Shown: positions 17,744 to 27,231 of the stretch, piece after piece | Layout of the letters: each line of letters starts with the position of its first letter | How positions within the stretch are numbered: position 1 is the stretch's first letter | Assembly (NCBI GenBank): GCA_937998355.1 | Contig: CALLDI010000011.1 | Location: forward strand, 139,100-203,099 | Length of the DNA: 64,000 nucleotides | From: an uncultured Eggerthella sp. | GTDB taxonomy: Bacteria; Actinomycetota; Coriobacteriia; Coriobacteriales; Eggerthellaceae | Direction: 5' to 3' | Program-made: the position numbers and the translations under genes | The notes under the pieces: model-generated | What the model was told of the DNA's origin: nothing | Databases searched by the model: none | What the model saw: only the letters and a program-made list of their open reading frames with translations

Positions 17744-18328
17744 ATGATCTCGTTCATCAAAGGCACGCTCGTTGTGAGCGATATCGAGGGAGCCATCATC
17801 GAGGTGAATGGCATCGGGTATCGCGTAGCGATGTCATATAATTCCCTCGCAAAGCTCGGTCAGATCGGTTCCTCGGTCCAAGTCCTTACCTATTTATATG
17901 TGAGAGAAGACGCGCTCGTGCTGTATGGCTTCGCTTCAGATGAAGAGCGCAGCCTCTTCGAGAAGCTCATCACGGTATCAGGCATCGGTCCTAAGGTCGC
18001 GCTCTCGGCGCTCTCGCAGTTCGAGGCAGTCGAACTCATCTCAGCCATCGTTTCCCAAGACGTCTCTGCCGTGCAGAAGATTCCCGGCGTTGGTAAGAAG
18101 ACGGCGTCGCGAATTGTTCTAGAATTGAAGGATGCGTTGGGGCAGGCGGAACTGGGTCCGCTCTTCGCTGCGGCGAAACCGCAAGCGCAGTCGGTCGATG
18201 CGACCACCGATGCGCTCTTATCCATGGGCTTCACGTCCGCAGAGGCAGAGCTCGCGCTCAAGGGGGCTCCTGCCGAAGCCAGCGAATCAGAACTCTTGCG
18301 CTATGCGCTCAAGCGTTTAGGGGAATAA
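17744..18328 (+). CDS. ruvA: Holliday junction branch migration protein
   Basis: MISFIKG, EVNGIGY, VREDA..LYGF, VSGIGPK, IPGVGKKTA.RI. Confidence 0.96.
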   Translation: MISFIKGTLVVSDIEGAIIEVNGIGYRVAMSYNSLAKLGQIGSSVQVLTYLYVREDALVLYGFASDEERSLFEKLITVSGIGPKVALSALSQFEAVELISAIVSQDVSAVQKIPGVGKKTASRIVLELKDALGQAELGPLFAAAKPQAQSVDATTDALLSMGFTSAEAELALKGAPAEASESELLRYALKRLGE

Positions 18329-19402
18329 GTGGCAGATTTCTTCGAAATAGAGAATCTTCTCTACGATGCTTCGGAAGATGAAGGCAGTGTTGTGCACTCG
18401 GCGCGCATGTGCTCGGTGGATCTGCAGGAAGCCGATCTTGTGCTCGACCGTTCGCTTCGCCCTCAGATGCTCGACGAATACATCGGGCAGAAGAAGGTCA
18501 AGGAAAGCTTGCTCATCCTCATCGAAGCTGCGCGGCAGCGTGAAGATGCGGTCGACCACATCCTGTTCTCAGGGCCTCCGGGCTTGGGTAAGACCACGCT
18601 CGCTACTGTGGTCGCGCACGAAATGGGCGCGCGCATCAAGGTCACCAGCGGTCCCGCTATCGAACGCACGGGCGATCTTGCTGCCATCCTCACCAATCTC
18701 GAAGAAGGCGATGTGCTCTTCATCGATGAGATCCATCGTTTGAATCGCATGGTCGAAGAGGTGCTCTATCCAGCGCTCGAAGATTTCGTGCTCGATATCG
18801 TGGTAGGGAAGGGACCAGCTGCTCGCTCCATCCGCCTCGATCTTCCGCATTTCACGCTCATCGGCGCTACGACGCGCACCGGGCTGCTCACCGGCCCTTT
18901 GCGCGATCGTTTCGGCATCTCGTTTCGTTTGAACTATTACGAGCCCGAAGAGCTCGCTCAGATCATCCAACGTTCGGCAGGCATTCTCGATGTCGCCATT
19001 TCCGAAGATGGTGCGCTTGAGATCGCGCGCAGGAGCAGGGGAACACCGCGCCTAGCGAATCGATTGCTCAAGCGCGTGCGCGACTGGGCGCAGGTGAAGG
19101 ATCGCGGTTCCATCGATGAAGATTGCGCTGCACAAGCGCTCAGCTTCTTCGAGGTCGATTCGCTCGGTCTCGACTCAATCGATAATCGCATCCTCGATAT
19201 GCTGTGCGGGCAATTCGGGGGCAGGCCCGTTGGCCTCTCCACGCTCTCATCCGCGCTCTCGGAAGTCCCTGAAACCCTCGAAGATGTCTATGAACCTTAT
19301 CTCATGCAACAAGGATTGCTCATCCGCACGCCTAAAGGGCGTCAAGCGACGCTGCGTGCATTCGAACATCTTGGTCTACAGCCGCCTGAAGGAGTGCTCT
19401 GA
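18329..19402 (+). CDS. ruvB: Holliday junction DNA helicase
   Basis: [40 protein letters not shown]. Confidence 0.97.
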   Translation: MADFFEIENLLYDASEDEGSVVHSARMCSVDLQEADLVLDRSLRPQMLDEYIGQKKVKESLLILIEAARQREDAVDHILFSGPPGLGKTTLATVVAHEMGARIKVTSGPAIERTGDLAAILTNLEEGDVLFIDEIHRLNRMVEEVLYPALEDFVLDIVVGKGPAARSIRLDLPHFTLIGATTRTGLLTGPLRDRFGISFRLNYYEPEELAQIIQRSAGILDVAISEDGALEIARRSRGTPRLANRLLKRVRDWAQVKDRGSIDEDCAAQALSFFEVDSLGLDSIDNRILDMLCGQFGGRPVGLSTLSSALSEVPETLEDVYEPYLMQQGLLIRTPKGRQATLRAFEHLGLQPPEGVL

Positions 19403-19869
19403 TGCTTCAACAAGACTATCTGCTTCGTATGTTCACGGCGCTCGCCGTTGCGATCCGCGAGAGCATGCTGCGCGCACAAGGCGACGAGGATCCTGAAGGC
19501 GCAGCAGAACTGCTCGAGGCCGCGCTCGATAATGCGACCGAGATCGATGGTTCGCTGCTCCTGCAAATGGCGCCCGAGTCCTTCGTCACTATGGTCCAGC
19601 TTTCTCAGACCGATCCCGATCTGATCGGTTATATCTCGCGCACGCTCATGCTGGAGTCGCAATATCTGCATGAAGCAGGTCTCGATACCAAAGCGGACCT
19701 GCGTGCAGCGCAAGCGCAAGCGCTCGCACGGGCATACGGGTTCGAGGTCGATGCCTCCGATGTGTCTCCCGAGGCGCTCGATGCGTTCTTCGGAGAGGAA
19801 GACGCAGAGGATGAAGACCTTCTGGAACCTTTCGATGAAACCGTTGGCGACCGCTCAGAAGTAATTTAG
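19402..19869 (+). CDS. Acidic helical hypothetical protein translationally coupled to ruvB
   Basis: TGATG stop/start overlap, GAAGGAG RBS, genome-like codon usage; N-terminus QQDYLLRM. Confidence 0.8.
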   Translation: MLQQDYLLRMFTALAVAIRESMLRAQGDEDPEGAAELLEAALDNATEIDGSLLLQMAPESFVTMVQLSQTDPDLIGYISRTLMLESQYLHEAGLDTKADLRAAQAQALARAYGFEVDASDVSPEALDAFFGEEDAEDEDLLEPFDETVGDRSEVI

Positions 19870-19878
19870 GAATTATTC

Positions 19879-19932
19879 TTGACGCAAAAGTTACAGGTAG
19901 TTAACATCAATCCTAAGTTAACTTATGTGAAC
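19879..19932 (+). promoter_or_regulatory. feo promoter with two GTTA-N8-(T/G)AAC operator sites
   Basis: TTGACG-N17-TAACAT; GTTACAGGTAGTTAAC (19890-19905) and GTTAACTTATGTGAAC (19917-19932). Confidence 0.7.
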
Positions 19933-19969
19933 TGTTTGTTCACGCTTTTTGCAGGACGGAAGTGATCGT

Positions 19970-20179
19970 ATGGTCTTAGCTGAAGTCAAGAAGAACGGCT
20001 TGTATCACGTCAAGCAGCTCCATGGCATTGGTGATGTTCATCGTCATCTTGAAGATCTAGGATTCCTTCCCGGAGAAACGATTCGTGTTATATCGCGTAT
20101 CGGCGGCAACTTGGTCGTGAATGTGAAGGGCTCTCGCGTAGCGCTTTCCTCCGAGTTGGCGAAGAATATCGTGATCTAA
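19970..20179 (+). CDS. feoA: Ferrous iron transport protein A
   Basis: HLEDLGFLPG, VKGSRVALS..LA FeoA motifs. Confidence 0.9.
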   Translation: MVLAEVKKNGLYHVKQLHGIGDVHRHLEDLGFLPGETIRVISRIGGNLVVNVKGSRVALSSELAKNIVI

Positions 20180-20193
20180 CGCAAAAGAAGGGA

Positions 20194-20421
20194 GTGAGCG
20201 TGAGGACTCTTCGCGAAGCAAAGCCCGGTGAAACGGTCACCGTTGCCAAGCTCAATGGCACTGGCGCGGTCAAGCGTCGCATCATGGATATGGGAATCAC
20301 CAAAGGGTGCTCCATCTATATCCGCAAAGTTGCTCCACTGGGCGATCCGGTGGAAGTCACCATCCGCGGCTATGAGCTGTCTTTACGAAAAGAAGACGCT
20401 GACATGGTCGAGGTCGCTTGA
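20194..20421 (+). CDS. feoA: Ferrous iron transport protein A (second copy)
   Basis: KRRIMDMGITKG, APLGDP, RGYELSLRK. Confidence 0.95.
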   Translation: MSVRTLREAKPGETVTVAKLNGTGAVKRRIMDMGITKGCSIYIRKVAPLGDPVEVTIRGYELSLRKEDADMVEVA

Positions 20422-20507
20422 TCTTTTGATAGATGACCCGCGCGATCTTTCGAGTTCGTGAGGGTGATTTCTCATGGTGCGTTCAGCGCCATATTTTTGG
20501 ACTGTAA

Positions 20508-20523
20508 GTTAACCTTAGGTAAC
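20508..20523 (+). promoter_or_regulatory. Third GTTA-N8-TAAC site, immediately upstream of the feoB RBS
   Basis: GTTAACCTTAGGTAAC near-palindrome matching the two upstream sites. Confidence 0.65.
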
Positions 20524-20541
20524 AACGAAGGAGTATAACGC

Positions 20542-23208
20542 ATGAGAGTTGCGCTTGTCGGTAACCCGAATTGTGGTAAGACGACGTTATTCAACGCACT
20601 CACTGGCGCCAACCAGTACGTTGGTAACTGGCCCGGCGTTACGGTAGAGAAGAAGAGCGGTAAGCTCAAGGCGGATAAGGCGGTCGAGATCGTCGACCTT
20701 CCTGGCATCTATTCGCTTTCCCCGTATACCCTCGAGGAGGTCATTGCTCGTGACTTCCTCATCAAAGAACATCCCGATGCCATCCTGAACATCATCGATG
20801 GCACGAATCTCGAGCGTAATCTGTACCTCACCACTCAGCTGGTCGAAATGGGCATCCCGGTCGTGGTCGCGGTCAACATGATGGACGCAGTGCGCAAGCG
20901 CGGCGACCAGATCAACGTTACGGCGCTCGAAGAGAAGCTCAGCTGCCCGGTCGTCGAGATCTCGGCACTGAAGAACGAAGGCATCGACCAGGTGGTCAAT
21001 TGCCTCACCACCATCCCTCAGACCGTCGGCATCGAAGCCATGGCTTACAGCCGTGAGGTCGAAGACGCGATCACCGAGATCATCGAGCGCCTTGAAGGTA
21101 GCCTCGAATACGCCTACACCGACCTGAAGCGCGAAAAGGAAGGCGACATCGATCAGGTTCCTGCGCATCTTCATCGTTTTTATGCGATCAAGCTGCTCGA
21201 AAAGGACGAGAAGATCCGCGCGAGCCTGAAGAACCCGCCTAACGTTTCCGATATCGTCGAGCGCATCGAAAAGCACTTCGACGACGATACCGAGAGCGTC
21301 ATCACCAACGAGCGCTACACCTGGATCTCTTCGATCATGCACAGCGTTCGTACGCTGGGTGACGAAGACGGTCTCACCACCTCCGACAAGATCGACCGCG
21401 TGGTCACCAATCGTTTCTTGGCGTTGCCAATCTTCGTCATCGTCATGTTCCTCGTCTACTACATCTCCGTTTCCACGGTTGGTACGTTCGCGACCGACTG
21501 GGCTAACGACGGTGTCTTCGGCGATGGCTGGTTCCTCGGTGCCGGCGGCGATGAATACGCCGAGGTCGCTGATGAATTCGACGAGGCGAGCGAGAACGTC
21601 GCTGCCTTCGATGAGGCTGCGATCGAAGAAGGCCTCGATCCTGAGTCCGATAACTTCCTTTTCGAAGCTGAAGAAGCGGGCATCATAGGCACCTATGAGT
21701 CATTCGACGACGAAACAGGCGAGAACGAGCTCGTCGAAGTCGATGCTGCCACCTATGAAGAGTCGCTCGACATCATCGCTCCGTACGCGGGTGACGCTGA
21801 TGCGATCGCTGCTTTCGAGCTGGCTGCCGCCAACGAAGGCCTCGATCCTGAATCCGAGACCTTCATCGAAGATGCTGAAGAAGCAGGCATCATGGCTGAG
21901 TACACCAAGGTCGACGAGGAAACGGGCGACAATGTCACGCAGATCGTCGATGCTGCCGTCTATGCCGCTGAAGTGGAAGGTGGCGCTCCTGATCCGGCTG
22001 AGTACGGTATCTGGGTTCCCGGTATCCCTGTGCTCGCTGAAGAGGGCCTCGCTGCCATCGGCGCAGCAGATTGGCTGACCGCTCTCATCCTCGACGGTAT
22101 CATCGCTGGTGTTGGTGCGGTCCTGGGCTTCATCCCACAGATGCTCGTCCTCTTCCTGCTCCTCGCATTCCTCGAGAGCTGCGGTTACATGTCCCGTATC
22201 GCGTTCATCCTCGACCGTATCTTCCGTCGCTTCGGCCTGTCCGGTAAGTCCTTCGTGCCGATCCTCATCGGTACCGGCTGCGGCGTGCCTGGCGTCATGG
22301 CATCTCGTACCATCGAGAATCAGAACGACCGTCGTATGACCGTCATGACCACCACGTTCATTCCGTGCGGCGCTAAGTTGCCCATCATCGCGCTGTTCGC
22401 AGCAGCGGTCTTCGGTGGCGTCTGGTGGGTCGCACCTTCTGCCTACTTCCTCGGCATCGCCGCGATCCTCTGCACGGGCATCGCGATGAAGAAGACCCGT
22501 TTCTTCGCAGGCGATCCTGCTCCGTTCATCATGGAGCTGCCGGCATACCATATGCCGACCGTTGGTGCAGTGCTGCGCAGCATGTGGGAGCGTGCATGGT
22601 CCTTCATCAAGAAGGCAGGTACCATCATCCTGCTCGCTTGTATCCTCGTTTGGTTCATCTCCTCCTATGGTGTCGTCGACGGTACGTTCATGGCTGTTGA
22701 AGACCAGAACGATTCCATCCTCGCAGTGCTCGGCACGCTCATCTGCTGGATCTTCAATCCGCTCGGATGGGGCGACTGGCAGGCGGCTTCCGCTACCGTT
22801 ACGGGCCTCATCGCGAAGGAGAACGTCGTCGGTACGCTCGGCATCCTCTACGATGGCGATGCTGGTTGGTACGCGAACGTTCAGGCAGCATTCACACCGC
22901 TCGTCGCGTACTCGTTCCTCGCATTCAACTTGCTCTGCGCTCCTTGCTTCGCTGCGATGGGTGCCATCAAGCGCGAGATGAACAACCGCAAGTGGTTCTG
23001 GGCGGCTATCGGCTATCAGTGCGGTCTCGCCTGGGTCGTGGCGCTCTGGATCTACCAGATCGGTGGTCTGATCATGGGCGAGGTCACCTTCGGTGTCTTC
23101 TCGGTCATCGCGATCCTGCTGGCTGCGGCGTTCATCTATCTGTTGTTCAGAAAGAACAAGTACCGCGGCAAGAGTGAGAGCGTCACTTCGGTCGCTGCTG
23201 AGGGCTAA
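20542..23208 (+). CDS. feoB: Ferrous iron transporter B with large acidic loop insertion
   Basis: GNPNCGKT, GNWPGVTVE, DLPG G-motifs; GCGVP and PCGAKLP gate motifs. Confidence 0.97.
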   Translation: MRVALVGNPNCGKTTLFNALTGANQYVGNWPGVTVEKKSGKLKADKAVEIVDLPGIYSLSPYTLEEVIARDFLIKEHPDAILNIIDGTNLERNLYLTTQLVEMGIPVVVAVNMMDAVRKRGDQINVTALEEKLSCPVVEISALKNEGIDQVVNCLTTIPQTVGIEAMAYSREVEDAITEIIERLEGSLEYAYTDLKREKEGDIDQVPAHLHRFYAIKLLEKDEKIRASLKNPPNVSDIVERIEKHFDDDTESVITNERYTWISSIMHSVRTLGDEDGLTTSDKIDRVVTNRFLALPIFVIVMFLVYYISVSTVGTFATDWANDGVFGDGWFLGAGGDEYAEVADEFDEASENVAAFDEAAIEEGLDPESDNFLFEAEEAGIIGTYESFDDETGENELVEVDAATYEESLDIIAPYAGDADAIAAFELAAANEGLDPESETFIEDAEEAGIMAEYTKVDEETGDNVTQIVDAAVYAAEVEGGAPDPAEYGIWVPGIPVLAEEGLAAIGAADWLTALILDGIIAGVGAVLGFIPQMLVLFLLLAFLESCGYMSRIAFILDRIFRRFGLSGKSFVPILIGTGCGVPGVMASRTIENQNDRRMTVMTTTFIPCGAKLPIIALFAAAVFGGVWWVAPSAYFLGIAAILCTGIAMKKTRFFAGDPAPFIMELPAYHMPTVGAVLRSMWERAWSFIKKAGTIILLACILVWFISSYGVVDGTFMAVEDQNDSILAVLGTLICWIFNPLGWGDWQAASATVTGLIAKENVVGTLGILYDGDAGWYANVQAAFTPLVAYSFLAFNLLCAPCFAAMGAIKREMNNRKWFWAAIGYQCGLAWVVALWIYQIGGLIMGEVTFGVFSVIAILLAAAFIYLLFRKNKYRGKSESVTSVAAEG
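21601..21963 (+). repeat. In-frame tandem duplication (207-nt period) within feoB
   Basis: 21601-21756 and 21808-21963 both encode AAF..AA..EGLDPES..F...AEEAGI...Y...D.ETG.N....VDAA.Y. Confidence 0.9.
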
Positions 23209-23340
23209 GCCGATAAGAGATTCGCTTCAGGGCTTCGGATCGATCTGGAGCCCTGAGGTTGGAACTCGTAGGCTGCGTTTCTTAAAGAAACGCCCCGTCC
23301 ACCCTAAAACTGTTTATCTCGAAAGGAAGGGGGTTGGTCA

Positions 23341-23610
23341 ATGAATCTCGGAACCGCGATCGTATCGCTACTCCTCATAGCGGTCGTCGTCGCCATCATC
23401 AGAAGCCTCGTCAAAGATAGTCGTGCTGGCAAGAATGTTGGATGTGGAGGCTGCAAGTCGTGTGCACACTCAACCTCTTCTCAAAAAACTTCTCATGCGC
23501 ATGCAGGAACTTCATGCCCATCATGCAGCAGTGTCGACAAGATGTTGGCCGATATGGAAAAGTCCGTAGATACCTCCTCGGACGAACCCTCTTCCAAATC
23601 TTCGCACTAG
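23341..23610 (+). CDS. FeoB-associated Cys-rich membrane protein
   Basis: N-terminal TM followed by GCGGCKSC and CPSC; directly downstream of feoB. Confidence 0.88.
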   Translation: MNLGTAIVSLLLIAVVVAIIRSLVKDSRAGKNVGCGGCKSCAHSTSSQKTSHAHAGTSCPSCSSVDKMLADMEKSVDTSSDEPSSKSSH

Positions 23611-23635
23611 TTTCTTTAGTGCTCGTTATTCCTTG

Positions 23636-23664
23636 CAAGAGCGTCGGGTCTCCCGGCGCTCTTG
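23636..23664. terminator. Hairpin between convergent genes (possible bidirectional terminator)
   Basis: CAAGAGCGTCGGG-TCT-CCCGGCGCTCTTG. Confidence 0.55.
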
Positions 23665-23752
23665 TGCGTTTGGGGACCGATCGTGCATGAGGGTGGCGTG
23701 AGGAAAGGAGCGCGAGTTGTTGCTCGAAGTACCCGTGCTCGCCAAACGAGAG

Positions 23753-25120
23753 CTACTGCTCGAAGATGCTCACGGTCTCGATGTGGTAGGTCTGCGGGAA
23801 GAGATCGACCGGGGTGGCTGAGGTAAGTCGATAGCCGGTCGCTTCGATGAGCGCGACGTCGCGCGCCCAAGTACTGGGGTTGCAGCTGACGTACGCGAAG
23901 CGCTTCGTGCCAGTGGCTGCGATGTCTTCTGGGACGCTCGGAGCGAGCCCGAGGCGTGGCGGGTCGACCACCAAGCCGTCCAGTTCACCGAGCGCAGGCA
24001 GCTCGCGCGCGGTATCTCCACCGATCACCTCAGCGAAGAGGTCGTTCAGTTCGAGGTTGCGACGCAGATCGCGCACGCTCGAAGCCTGCGATTCGACCGC
24101 GAACACCTCGCCGCAGTGTTCAGCCAAGGGCAGCGTGAAGGTGCCCGCTCCGCAGTAGAGATCGGCGCAATAGGATTCAGGACCAGTGGCAAGACCGTCT
24201 AGCACGAGCTCGATCATCGCTTCAGCTTGGGCGCTGTTCACCTGGAAGAAGCTCGGAGCGCTGACCTTGTACGAGAGGCCGAGCAGCTTCTCCTCCCAGT
24301 ATCCTTTACCTGCGAGCACTTCGACGCCCTTGATCTTGCGCGCTTTGCCCGGGTCTGCCATCACGCGTACGACGCTCGTTGCTTTCAGGCTGTCTTGCAG
24401 GATCGAGGCGACGTGAGCGCGCGGGAATGCTCCAGGAGCGGTCCAGAGCGCGATCTCGGTCGACTTCGTGCGATCGCTCGTGCGCACGCCAACGCGAAAG
24501 ATGCCGAGGTCTTGGTTACCCTGTGCGTAACGCAGCGCGCCACGTAGGGCGGCGGGGGATTTCTCGATAGCCTTCGCTGCCACTGGGCAGCTTTTCGTTT
24601 CGACGATGTGATGCGAGCCAGGATGATGGAATCCGAGCTCGAATCGTCCGCTCTTCTCCTTGCTATAGGCGGCATGCAATTCGATCTTGTTGCGGTAGTT
24701 GAACTCTCGCTTCGATGCCACGGGCGCAGCGACGAGCTTTTCGGCGTTCGTGCGCTCCTTGCCGCCGATGCGAACGAGCTGTTCGACCACGTTCGCGCGT
24801 TTTGCGCGCAGCTGCTCTTCGTAGGCGACTTGCATCCACGGGCATCCGCCACATTGCGCGTAGAACGGGCAGCGAGGGGTCACGCGTGCAGGACTCGGTT
24901 CGACGATGTTCACGATGCGTGCCTCGCAATAGCGCTTCGCATCCTTGGTGATCTCGACCTCTACCACGTCTCCAGGAACGCCCTTTTCGACGAACACGGT
25001 TTTTCCAGAAACGAGCCGTCCAACGGCGTTGCTCCCTTGTGTTAGCCCAGTTAGTTCGACGATTTCGCTCACGGAGTAATCAACCCTCATATCTAATGTA
25101 ACGCGCCTGTTGTTTTGCAA
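23753..25120 (-). CDS. rlmD: 23S rRNA (uracil-C5)-methyltransferase, TrmA/RlmD family
   Basis: TRAM-like N-terminus, C..Y..CGGC Fe-S motif, SFFQVN, DLYCGAG, VDPPR, YVSCNP, DLFPQT; start uncertain. Confidence 0.92.
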   Translation of the reverse strand: MQNNRRVTLDMRVDYSVSEIVELTGLTQGSNAVGRLVSGKTVFVEKGVPGDVVEVEITKDAKRYCEARIVNIVEPSPARVTPRCPFYAQCGGCPWMQVAYEEQLRAKRANVVEQLVRIGGKERTNAEKLVAAPVASKREFNYRNKIELHAAYSKEKSGRFELGFHHPGSHHIVETKSCPVAAKAIEKSPAALRGALRYAQGNQDLGIFRVGVRTSDRTKSTEIALWTAPGAFPRAHVASILQDSLKATSVVRVMADPGKARKIKGVEVLAGKGYWEEKLLGLSYKVSAPSFFQVNSAQAEAMIELVLDGLATGPESYCADLYCGAGTFTLPLAEHCGEVFAVESQASSVRDLRRNLELNDLFAEVIGGDTARELPALGELDGLVVDPPRLGLAPSVPEDIAATGTKRFAYVSCNPSTWARDVALIEATGYRLTSATPVDLFPQTYHIETVSIFEQ

Positions 25121-25152
25121 GTTTTATAATAACGTATAAAATCAAACATAAT

Positions 25153-25228
25153 GCCCTCTTAGCTCAGGGGATAGAGCGTCTGCCTCCGGAGCAGAAAGTC
25201 GCAGGTTCGAATCCTGTAGAGGGCGCCA
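25153..25228 (+). tRNA. tRNA-Arg (CCG)
   Basis: Cloverleaf with TCTGC-CT-CCG-GA-GCAGA anticodon arm, GGTTCGAATCC T-arm, encoded CCA. Confidence 0.96.
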
Positions 25229-25317
25229 AGAATCGTCACAGAGTGCAGACTTACTCTGAAGACCAGCCTCTTCGAGGCGCTAAGAATAGAACGCTACCAC
25301 CAGAAACGAGGAGCACT

Positions 25318-25857
25318 ATGGCACTGTACACACCAGGATACAAGCCCAACGGTCGCGAGGTCGCGGTCATCAAGACCTCTCAGGGCACGATCCGGGTCGA
25401 ACTCGATGGCAAGAACGCCCCGATTCATGTTGGTAATTTCGTCGAGCTCGCTCAAAAGGGCTTCTACGACGACTTGAAGTTCCATCGCTACGTTCCCGAT
25501 TTCGTCATCCAAGGCGGAGATCCGAACACGCGCGATCTTGATTCCGAACAGGTGAAGGCCGCGGAGGGCAATCCGTTCGCGGGACTCGGTACGGGCGGCC
25601 CAGGCTACACCATCAAAGAGGAATTCTCCACTAACCCCAACAACAAGCATCTGGACGGTACGCTGGCCATGGCGCGCAGCCAGGATCCGAATTCCGCTGG
25701 CTCTCAGTTCTACCTCTGCTTGGGACCGCAGCCCTTCCTCGACTCGGGCTATACGGTCTTCGGTCAGACGGTCGATGGTCTCGATGTGGTCTCGAAACTG
25801 CGCGTGGGAGATGTCATCGAGACGATCATCATCGAGAACGCAGGTAGCAAGGCTTAA
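25318..25857 (+). CDS. Cyclophilin-type peptidyl-prolyl isomerase
   Basis: FHRYVPDFVIQGGDP, GTLAMAR, SAGSQFY, YTVFG. Confidence 0.95.
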   Translation: MALYTPGYKPNGREVAVIKTSQGTIRVELDGKNAPIHVGNFVELAQKGFYDDLKFHRYVPDFVIQGGDPNTRDLDSEQVKAAEGNPFAGLGTGGPGYTIKEEFSTNPNNKHLDGTLAMARSQDPNSAGSQFYLCLGPQPFLDSGYTVFGQTVDGLDVVSKLRVGDVIETIIIENAGSKA

Positions 25858-25859
25858 CT

Positions 25860-27206
25860 ATGAACAATGATCTGTTTCAGCAGGCACGTACTGCCTACGT
25901 GGCGAAAGACTATGAGACCGCGCTCGCGGATTTCACCGATTGCCTGAAGGACTCTTCGGCAGGTCTCGCTCCGGGCGAGATCGGTCTTTTGTACCACCAG
26001 ATCGGCAACTGCCTGGTCAAATTGCACGATCCTAACGAAGCGGTGCATGCATATTCGCAGGCATTGCAGGATTCTGCCTACGATGCGCTCGGGTCGGTCG
26101 CCTACAACTTGGGCACCGTCTACGCTTCGCAGCTCGACTACGAAGATGCGATCCCGTTCTTCACCGAAGCGCTCGAAGATCCGAAATACAAGACGGGCTA
26201 CAAGGCTTACATGGGCTTGGGCAATGCATATCTAAAGCTGGGCAAGTCGGCCGAGGCGGGCGCGTCGTTTCGTTCCGCGGCGCTCGATGAAGCCAACCCC
26301 GATCCCACCAAGGCGCTTCTGAACCTGGGCGTGTGCTTCATGGCGCTCAATCGCCCGATGGACGCCATCGCATCTTACGAAAGCGCGCTGCAGTTCGATA
26401 TGCCGTCCGATACGCGCAACAAGCTGTTCGCGAACATGGGTCAGGCTTACGTTGCCGCAGGCAAGATGGCCAAAGCGGTGAAGGCGTTCGAATCGGCGCT
26501 GGCCGACCAGACCTATGTCTTCAACGATGCTGCCAACGTCGATTACCAGCGCGCCATCCAGGCGGTAGCCTCGGGTAACGCTGAAGAAGAGCAGAAGCCC
26601 GAATCCGAAGCGAACGATCTTTCTGGTCTGGATGTTTCGGGCAGCGCGATCCCCTTCGATGTGCAGGAAAGCCACGAGCCGATCGCGGAGGCGGGCACGA
26701 TGGTGCTCTCGTCGAGCGATATCAACGAACAGGTCGATGCTTACGGCAATCCGGTCGACACCAACTTCTTCAATGCTAATGACGTGCGTCTGCAGGACTG
26801 GAGCAAGTCTGCTACGAAGAAGAAGCGTCGCAAGGGTGTCACGTTCGCGGTCGTCATCATCCTCATCGTGGTGATCCTGGGCGGCGGTGCGGCCTTCGCG
26901 CTCACGCAGGGCGTCGGCGTTCCTTCCAAACAGGATGTCATCGCCGAGCTCTTTGCCGATCCAACGAACGAAGAGGTCTATTCTTCCGACATCGATGACA
27001 CGCGTCGTTCGCGCATCGTGGATATGGTCGCACCTGGTTCGACCGTCACCGTGCTGGGCGAGAACAATGACCTCACCACTGCGAAGGTCTACGTGGATGC
27101 CACGACGCCCGAAGGCGGAACGGTCCCTTACGAGATCAGTCTTGTGCGCGACGGCCTTGGTTGGAAGATCACGGGCGCCACGCTCTATTTCACCTCTCAA
27201 CATTAA
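25860..27206 (+). CDS. TPR-repeat single-pass membrane protein
   Basis: Repeated YxxLGxxY/A...F..AL helices, acidic linker, KKKRRK followed by a TM helix, small C-terminal domain. Confidence 0.85.
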   Translation: MNNDLFQQARTAYVAKDYETALADFTDCLKDSSAGLAPGEIGLLYHQIGNCLVKLHDPNEAVHAYSQALQDSAYDALGSVAYNLGTVYASQLDYEDAIPFFTEALEDPKYKTGYKAYMGLGNAYLKLGKSAEAGASFRSAALDEANPDPTKALLNLGVCFMALNRPMDAIASYESALQFDMPSDTRNKLFANMGQAYVAAGKMAKAVKAFESALADQTYVFNDAANVDYQRAIQAVASGNAEEEQKPESEANDLSGLDVSGSAIPFDVQESHEPIAEAGTMVLSSSDINEQVDAYGNPVDTNFFNANDVRLQDWSKSATKKKRRKGVTFAVVIILIVVILGGGAAFALTQGVGVPSKQDVIAELFADPTNEEVYSSDIDDTRRSRIVDMVAPGSTVTVLGENNDLTTAKVYVDATTPEGGTVPYEISLVRDGLGWKITGATLYFTSQH

Positions 27207-27231
27207 AAGCCTTGAACGAAAGGATTCATAC

